A stretch of 32,000 bases of DNA from Desulfocapsa sulfexigens DSM 10523 (GTDB taxonomy: Bacteria; Desulfobacterota; Desulfobulbia; Desulfobulbales; Desulfocapsaceae). The stretch is from assembly GCF_000341395.1 (NCBI RefSeq), contig NC_020304.1, positions 120,001 through 152,000 on the forward strand, in the 5' to 3' direction. The translations under genes and the position numbers were made by a program. Numbering within the stretch: position 1 is the first letter of the stretch; the number at the start of each line of letters is the position of its first letter. Shown one piece after another: positions 19,201-25,745 of this stretch. The notes beneath the pieces are model-generated. The model worked only from the letters and a program-made list of their open reading frames with translations. It had not been told where the DNA came from and searched no databases.

Positions 19201-19611
19201 CAGGTCAAAGTCTCCGGTATGACAGGAGAACGCTATATTATCACCTGCAACGGTCGTCGAGTTCCTCTGCAGCCAACCACAGTTGAAGGCGTATTTGTTG
19301 CCGGTATCCGCTTCCGTGCCGGAAAACCTCCATCCTGCCTCCATCCTACCATTGATGTTCATGCTCCCCTCACCATTGATCTCTTCGACACCTGGTCCAA
19401 CAGGTCCGTGGGTGGCTGTACCTATCATGTGGAGCACCCAGGCGGACGAAACTCTGAAACACTTTCTGTCAACTCCTATGAGGCGGAAGGACGGCGTAAC
19501 GCTCGTTTCGTTCCCAACCGGCACAGTCCCGTTCGCCCGACAGCTATTCCTGCAGATGAAATGAACCCATCTTTTCCATATACTCTTGATTTGCGCCGCC
19601 ACATCGGATAA
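16291..19611 (+). CDS. transglutaminase-like protease domain fused to DUF2126 putative amidoligase
   Basis: N-terminal bacterial transglutaminase-like domain with Cys-His-Asp ([10 protein letters not shown], Cys codon 16828-16830; [21 protein letters not shown]). Long C-terminal region with [23 protein letters not shown]-type motif [67 protein letters not shown]. Confidence 0.92.
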   Translation: [1106 protein letters not shown]

Positions 19612-19669
19612 CTATGCCAGATCAAACAAGGTGTACTACTATTAAAGAAACAACGAGACCTCCAGCTGT

Positions 19670-22198
19670 ATGAGCACTGCAGACCTGAATAATCCCGCGT
19701 GCCCATGGCCTGCTGCATCTGTGTCCCTGTTTGACGCGGTTACGCTGCCACCTCAGGCCTATTGCGAAGCCTTTTCCTCCCCGGCAAGTGCCCGTGAACA
19801 CTGGCGCCCCCTGCTCTCCGCATTAGATGCCAGGGGAAAACAGGAGCTCTCCCAACTCCAGGATCGCGTCAAACGCAAGTGCCACGAACATGGTGCAACC
19901 TTCAACCCTTTTGACGACCCCACCGAGCAGGAAACCCCCTGGGCTCTGGATATAATCCCGCTTCCCTTTGCCGCAGAGGAATGGGCAAATCTCGAAACAG
20001 GACTTATCCAACGGGCCCGCCTCCTGGATCAGATCCTCGCAGACACCTACGGGGCACAAAACCTGTTGAAGAATGGACAGATGCCAGCCGAACTGGTCTT
20101 TGCCAATCCGCATTTCCTGCACCAGTGTCATGGTATTCGTCCGGCCGCTGGCAAGTTCCTGACCTATTACGCGGCAGACCTTTACAGAGGAGTCGACGGA
20201 TGCTTCCGGGTGCTGCGAGATTACGGTGCAAACCCCATCGGACTCGGTTATGCCCTTGAGAACAGGATCGTCAGTTCACATTTTCTTTCAGACACCTATC
20301 ACAACAATCAGATCCACAGGCTGGCTCCCTTCTTCCAAACCTTTCACCGCAATCTTATCCAACGTGCCGCCCTGCACCGTGAAGATCACGGTATCGTGCT
20401 GCTCTCTCCCGGCCCAGACAGTCTCATCTACTTTGAGCATGCCCTGCTCTCACGTTACCTTGGGTACCCTCTGGTGGAAGGCCAGGATCTGACCATGCGG
20501 AACGGAAAGCTGTTTCTCAAAAAACTGGACGGCCTCGAGGAGGTGGAAGCCATCTTCCGCCACACCGGAGACAACAACAGCGATCCCTTCGCCCTACGGC
20601 GTAAATCAGCAGACGGTGTGGCAGGACTTATCCAGGTTTCCCGTGAGAATAACGTCGATATCGTCAACCCCATCGGCAGTGGATTTATTGATACACCCGT
20701 TCTTCCTGTCTTTCTGCCCAATTTTTGTCGTGAACTACTGAAAGAAGAGCTACTCCTGAAAAGTCATCCTGCCTGGTGGTGTGGGACCCCGGATGGGCGC
20801 AATCATGTTATGGCAAATATGAACACCTTGAATGTCACTTCTGCCATGACCCGATCGACAACTGCTACACGTCCGAGCGACCTGATGAATAATATTGCCG
20901 CCAGCCCCCACGCCTTTATGGCACAGGAACAGGTTTATCCTTCAATGGTTCCCGTCTGGGACAACGGCCGTGTCAATTCCCATTACTCTCTTTTACGGGT
21001 ATTTGCCTGTGCAACGGATCAGGGATTTGCTTTCATGCCTGGAGGGCTGGCCATCACCGCCGCGAATGTAAAGACACTCACCAGTGACCGCCCGGAGCGA
21101 CAGCAAAGCAAGGACGTCTGGGTGTTGTCTGACAAACCGGTTGAGCCTGTGAGCCTTATGAGCAGTCTCCAACAGGTGAGTGAGTTCAGTCGCAGCAGTA
21201 ATCTTCCGAGCCGGGTGGCTGATCATCTGCTCTGGCTGGGACGCTATCTGGAGCGGGCCGAAGGGCTGACACGACTTCTTCTCTCCGTCTTTCGCCGGCT
21301 CTCAGGAGAATTTTCCCCACAAGATATCCCCGAATTACCGTTTCTCCTTAATCTTCTCCGTGAAAAAGATATCATTCCCAAGGCTCCCACTGACAGCAGC
21401 GGTATCCCTCTCTATCGTGAACTCCTCGCCCAACTGAATGGTGCCATGTATCAAAGCGATAAGAATCAGAGTGTTGCCACGGTTCTGAAACAGGTGCAGA
21501 AGGCAGCTCGGCATGTACGGGATCGCCTCTCTCCTGATTCCTGGCGGGTAATCAACAGACTGGAGACCTTTCCGCTGAATTCAGGCAGTGATCCTCTGGA
21601 AGTTCTTGATGACACCCTGTTCAATCTGAGCGCCTTCAGCGGACTGGCTATGGAAAGTATGACCCGTGGGCTGGGATGGCGCTTCATGGACATAGGCCGT
21701 CGCCTGGAACGGGCCATGAATCAGGCCTCCCTTGTACGCATCGGCCTCCCTCAGGTATGCAGAGCATCGGGAACTGCCCTGGAAGCGATGCTTGAGGTGT
21801 CAGACAGTATTATGACATACCGGGCGCGCTACCAGATGGCCTTTCAACTGGCTCCCGTACTGGATTTACTGCTCATGGATGAAACCAATCCTAAATCCCT
21901 GGCTTTTCAGTTCAGCCAGCTGGCTGCACACGTGGAGCATCTTCCCCGGCAGAGCGAACGCAGCTTTTCCAGTCCGGAGGAGCGCATTGTCCTTGAAATA
22001 CTAACCACCGTACGTCTGCTCGATCTCACGGGGATGCTCTGCACAACAAAAGAGAGTAAAAAAAGTTCACTTGCAGCATCTCTTGAATCCATGGAGACCC
22101 TTCTTAAGGAGTTTGCTCAGCAGGTCAGCGCTCACTACCTGAGCCGGGTTCCGACCACCCCCCATTTCTCCATCATACCCGGCAACCGTAAGCCATGA
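19670..22198 (+). CDS. circularly permuted ATP-grasp domain fused to alpha-E domain
   Basis: N-terminal half: FRVLRDYGANPIGLGYALENRIV, LLSPGPDSLIYFEHALLSRYLGYPLVEGQDLTMRNGKLFLKKL, MAQEQVYPSMVPVW, SKDVWVLSDKP. C-terminal half: SNLPSRVADHLLWLGRYLERAEGLTRLL plus further alpha-E segments. Confidence 0.92.
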   Translation: MSTADLNNPACPWPAASVSLFDAVTLPPQAYCEAFSSPASAREHWRPLLSALDARGKQELSQLQDRVKRKCHEHGATFNPFDDPTEQETPWALDIIPLPFAAEEWANLETGLIQRARLLDQILADTYGAQNLLKNGQMPAELVFANPHFLHQCHGIRPAAGKFLTYYAADLYRGVDGCFRVLRDYGANPIGLGYALENRIVSSHFLSDTYHNNQIHRLAPFFQTFHRNLIQRAALHREDHGIVLLSPGPDSLIYFEHALLSRYLGYPLVEGQDLTMRNGKLFLKKLDGLEEVEAIFRHTGDNNSDPFALRRKSADGVAGLIQVSRENNVDIVNPIGSGFIDTPVLPVFLPNFCRELLKEELLLKSHPAWWCGTPDGRNHVMANMNTLNVTSAMTRSTTATRPSDLMNNIAASPHAFMAQEQVYPSMVPVWDNGRVNSHYSLLRVFACATDQGFAFMPGGLAITAANVKTLTSDRPERQQSKDVWVLSDKPVEPVSLMSSLQQVSEFSRSSNLPSRVADHLLWLGRYLERAEGLTRLLLSVFRRLSGEFSPQDIPELPFLLNLLREKDIIPKAPTDSSGIPLYRELLAQLNGAMYQSDKNQSVATVLKQVQKAARHVRDRLSPDSWRVINRLETFPLNSGSDPLEVLDDTLFNLSAFSGLAMESMTRGLGWRFMDIGRRLERAMNQASLVRIGLPQVCRASGTALEAMLEVSDSIMTYRARYQMAFQLAPVLDLLLMDETNPKSLAFQFSQLAAHVEHLPRQSERSFSSPEERIVLEILTTVRLLDLTGMLCTTKESKKSSLAASLESMETLLKEFAQQVSAHYLSRVPTTPHFSIIPGNRKP

Positions 22199-23067
22199 GA
22201 TACCGCGTAAGCCATAAAACAACCTACCGCTATTCGGAACCTGCCTCCCTTTCTCAAAACGAGGTATTTCTCCATCCCCGTGAAATTGAAACTCAACGGG
22301 TAATCGAAAGCAGACTGGCCATCGATCCAAAACCGCAATACCAGCACCGTCGTACAGATTACTTTGGCAATATCGCGCAGGTATTCATGGTACAGCATCC
22401 CCACAACGAGCTGACCATGACCGCAACCAGCATTGTGGAAACAGCCCTTCCCGTCACGCCATTAAGCACTCCTCCCTGGGAAAGCGTCGTCCAGCGACTG
22501 GCTGCCCCCGTGCGCCAGTTACCGGACCTTGAAGCCTACCAGTTCGTCTTTGCCAGCCCTCTGATCAGCGTCGCTCCCGGGGTTATGGAATATGCCAGGC
22601 CTTCCTTCCCGCCGGGTACTCCCGTACTGGACGGAGCCATGAACCTGATGGGACGAATATTTAAAGAATTCAGCTACGACACCTCGGCCACCACCGTGGA
22701 TACCACCGTAGAACAACTGCTGGCAGAACGAAAAGGGGTCTGTCAGGATTTTGCCCATTTCGCCATCAGCTGTCTACGATCCATGGGACTGGCGGCACGC
22801 TATGTGAGCGGCTACCTGGAAACCATGCCACCACCGGGTAAACCCAAGATGATCGGAGCCGATGAATCCCACGCCTGGCTCTCTCTCTACATTCCGGACA
22901 CAGGCTGGGTAGACCTGGACCCCACGAACAACATTATTCCAGGTGAAAATCATATCGTTCTTGCCTGGGGGCGGGATTATGGTGATGTCACCCCCGTGAA
23001 AGGAGTGGTAATGGGGGGCGGAATTCACACCCTTTCCCTGATGGTGGATGTTGCCGTACACTCCTGA
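22195..23067 (+). CDS. transglutaminase-like family protein
   Basis: MRYRVSHKTTYRYSEPASLSQNEVFLHPR (transglutaminase N-terminal domain) and catalytic triad segments ERKGVCQDFAHFAISCLRSMGLAARYVSGYLET / SHAWLSLYIPDTGWVDLDPTN. A 4-nt ATGA overlap with the upstream gene. Confidence 0.95.
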   Translation: MRYRVSHKTTYRYSEPASLSQNEVFLHPREIETQRVIESRLAIDPKPQYQHRRTDYFGNIAQVFMVQHPHNELTMTATSIVETALPVTPLSTPPWESVVQRLAAPVRQLPDLEAYQFVFASPLISVAPGVMEYARPSFPPGTPVLDGAMNLMGRIFKEFSYDTSATTVDTTVEQLLAERKGVCQDFAHFAISCLRSMGLAARYVSGYLETMPPPGKPKMIGADESHAWLSLYIPDTGWVDLDPTNNIIPGENHIVLAWGRDYGDVTPVKGVVMGGGIHTLSLMVDVAVHS

Positions 23068-23123
23068 TTATCGGTCGTTAAGGAACCGTTCAGCCACGCA
23101 GCATACTGAAATGTGAGTTAAAA

Positions 23124-25745
23124 TCATTCGAGAGTCACTTGTCCATCAAGAACACATCTGACAGTTTCTGCCACATCTCTCTCACTAAGCGGCTTCAGGA
23201 TATATTTCTTTATGCCCAGGTCAAATGCCTCTTCCGGTGAAAGTGACTCTGTATATCCCGTACAGAGGATTATAGGCAGGTCAGGCCGAATTTGCAGCAC
23301 CGCCCGTGAGAGTTCATCACCGGTCAGTCCCGGCATTGTCTGGTCAGTAATGAGGAGATCAAAGGATTGCGGTTCAGCACGAAAACGTTCCAACGCCTTT
23401 GAACCACTGGTTTCTTTTGTTACGGTATATCCTAAACCTGTTAACAGATCTCCCAATATCTCGACAAGATCCCATTCATCATCCACGACAAGTATGCGCT
23501 CATCCCCCCTGGGAAGTGCACCTGCCTCTATTGTATTCTGTGCCACCTCAGTGTCTTCAGTTACCCGAGGCAGGAATACGTGAAAGACTGTGCCTTCACC
23601 CGGCTCACTGCCAACGGTTATAAAGCCCTTGCATTTCTTAACAATTCCATGGGTTACCGCCAGGCCAAGCCCCGTCCCACTGCCCTGTTTCTTAGTCGTG
23701 AAATAGGGTTCAAAAATTCTCTCCATTGTGGCCTCATCCATACCCTCACCGCTATCTCTTACCGATAGGACGACAAAAGAACCGGCCGCTATACCGGATT
23801 TCCCGACAAGTTGTTCCGGCCCCATCTCTATCCGGCTTAGACCTACTTCCAGACTTCCGTTCTTTTTACCGATGGCATGGGAGGCATTTGTGCAGAGGTT
23901 AATCACGACCTGATGAATATTGGTGGAATCAGCAAGAACCAGACCGCAATTTGGATCAATACGTGTCACTATATCGATAGTTGTTGGCAAAGAGGAGCGC
24001 AGCATCTTCAAAGACTCATTCACAATCAGATCAATGCGAAGGGGTTCTCTTTTGTGACTGTTTGAGCGGCTGAAGGTGAGTATCTGTTTGACAAGCTCTG
24101 CGGCCCTGTTTCCAGCATCTATCATCCTGCCCAGATATCTTTCCTCGTCACTCCCCACGGGCATTCTGGGTTTGATAATCTCTGCATAGCCGAGAATAGC
24201 AGCAAGGATATTATTGAAATCATGGGCAACCCCGCCGGCAAGGGTGCCGATGGCTTCCATCTTCTGCGCCTGGGTGAGTTCTTTCTCCAGCTTAATTTTC
24301 TCAGTAATATCCTGGGCAACATTTACGATATACTGAACCTCATGGTCTGGGTCCCGAAGAGGAGCAGAAGTCACCTGAAAAACTTTTTGCAAATGCTCAT
24401 GTTCAATGATGGCGTGATGTTTCTGATAATCGGTAAACGATGCCATGCCCGGACAGTCCCTGCATGGTTTTGACTTGCACTTAAACAAGTTGTGGCAGCA
24501 GGTTCCAAGTAACTCCTGCGGGGTCAACCCAAAACAGTCAAATGCTGCCCGATTTGCCCGGACAATTTTCATATTTCTGTCTTGAAGCGTTATAATATCA
24601 GGGATAGCATCAAATGTTTTTTCCCATTCATCTTTACTTCGCTGCAACTGTTTTGTTCGCTCGATAACCTGCTCTTCAAGAGAACTGTTCAGCTGTGCCA
24701 GTATCTCTCTGCGACTGTACTGCAGGTAAAATATGAAAAGAACCAGAGCAACCAGAAACAGGCTCAAACCCAAAACAATTCTATAATATTTTGCATTCTG
24801 AACAAAAACAGGAGAATGACTTCTAACAGTCAAAAAAGCCACCATCTCTTTTGTTACCGGGTTTAAAACAGGGATTGCGGTAAAGACCATATCTATGGAA
24901 GGATCATATAATGATGTGATTTTATGCGTATGGACATTGGCATGAATTGCGGCAACTATCTCCCCGCTCGGTTCCAGATCCTTCATCTTCCTGCTGGATA
25001 CTTTTTTTAGCACTGCCAACACATTATTGTCGTACATAAACCCTTTATGATGAGAACTTTTATAGAGCGTCTTGACTTCTCCCGGAAAAACCTTTCTCGT
25101 CGCAATATCCTCTCTAATATAAAAATTACTCAATACGTCATACTGTTTCATCAGAGTGGAGGTGAGGACCTCGGGACTGAAGGATATTTCAAAACTGCCC
25201 AGATGACTTTTGTCAACTGCTGTGATGGGAAAAACAAAGCGATAACCACCAGCGGCCCGCCCAATCTCAAAACCATCAATAGCGAGATGATTCTTATTCA
25301 TATACACGACTGTCTCACGAATGTTTGTCAGGTCATCTCCAAACTTTATCGGTCGATGAACACGCAAAAAAGACTCGTTATTCAACAGGTGAAAATGAAG
25401 TTGTTTCACCTTCATTTCTTTATTCAAATAGAGGTAACGGTGCTGAATTCTGGAGCGCAGTTCCTCTCGTAAAAGATTTTTCTGTTCCTCATCGGCCTGG
25501 GACAGTTTCTGATAGAAATCATGAATCTCAAATCTTTCCATCAGGCTGAAGCGAATATGTTCCGCCAGCTGCTTATGCTGAGCATAGATAGTATTGTAAG
25601 CGTCTTGATAGTTTTTTGAAATGAGCTGCAAATGCTGCTGTTGGCTCTGCTCTCTTGTCCTGTCCAATAAAAAGTACAACAGTGCTGCCAGGACGGCGAA
25701 AACAAGCAATAAAACAGCCTTGATGCGTATATTCTTGATTTTCAT
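23124..25745 (-). CDS. hybrid sensor histidine kinase: periplasmic sensor, PAS, HisKA/HATPase, receiver
   Basis: Two TM segments flanking an extracytoplasmic region; PAS with Cys-rich insert; GTLAGGVAHDFNNILAAILGYAEI (phospho-His box), GSGTGLGLAVTHGIV, C-terminal ILVVDDEWDLVEIL...LLITDQTMPGLTGDEL...KKYILKPL. Confidence 0.95.
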   Translation of the reverse strand: MKIKNIRIKAVLLLVFAVLAALLYFLLDRTREQSQQQHLQLISKNYQDAYNTIYAQHKQLAEHIRFSLMERFEIHDFYQKLSQADEEQKNLLREELRSRIQHRYLYLNKEMKVKQLHFHLLNNESFLRVHRPIKFGDDLTNIRETVVYMNKNHLAIDGFEIGRAAGGYRFVFPITAVDKSHLGSFEISFSPEVLTSTLMKQYDVLSNFYIREDIATRKVFPGEVKTLYKSSHHKGFMYDNNVLAVLKKVSSRKMKDLEPSGEIVAAIHANVHTHKITSLYDPSIDMVFTAIPVLNPVTKEMVAFLTVRSHSPVFVQNAKYYRIVLGLSLFLVALVLFIFYLQYSRREILAQLNSSLEEQVIERTKQLQRSKDEWEKTFDAIPDIITLQDRNMKIVRANRAAFDCFGLTPQELLGTCCHNLFKCKSKPCRDCPGMASFTDYQKHHAIIEHEHLQKVFQVTSAPLRDPDHEVQYIVNVAQDITEKIKLEKELTQAQKMEAIGTLAGGVAHDFNNILAAILGYAEIIKPRMPVGSDEERYLGRMIDAGNRAAELVKQILTFSRSNSHKREPLRIDLIVNESLKMLRSSLPTTIDIVTRIDPNCGLVLADSTNIHQVVINLCTNASHAIGKKNGSLEVGLSRIEMGPEQLVGKSGIAAGSFVVLSVRDSGEGMDEATMERIFEPYFTTKKQGSGTGLGLAVTHGIVKKCKGFITVGSEPGEGTVFHVFLPRVTEDTEVAQNTIEAGALPRGDERILVVDDEWDLVEILGDLLTGLGYTVTKETSGSKALERFRAEPQSFDLLITDQTMPGLTGDELSRAVLQIRPDLPIILCTGYTESLSPEEAFDLGIKKYILKPLSERDVAETVRCVLDGQVTLE

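Noticed and set aside
23068-23123. Bidirectional terminator between the convergent genes
   Set aside because: Only a 4-bp CGGT/ACCG stem was found, with no T-tract on either strand.
25047-25472. 141-aa plus-strand ORF opposite the histidine kinase
   Set aside because: Antisense to a well-supported kinase sensor region; likely chance.
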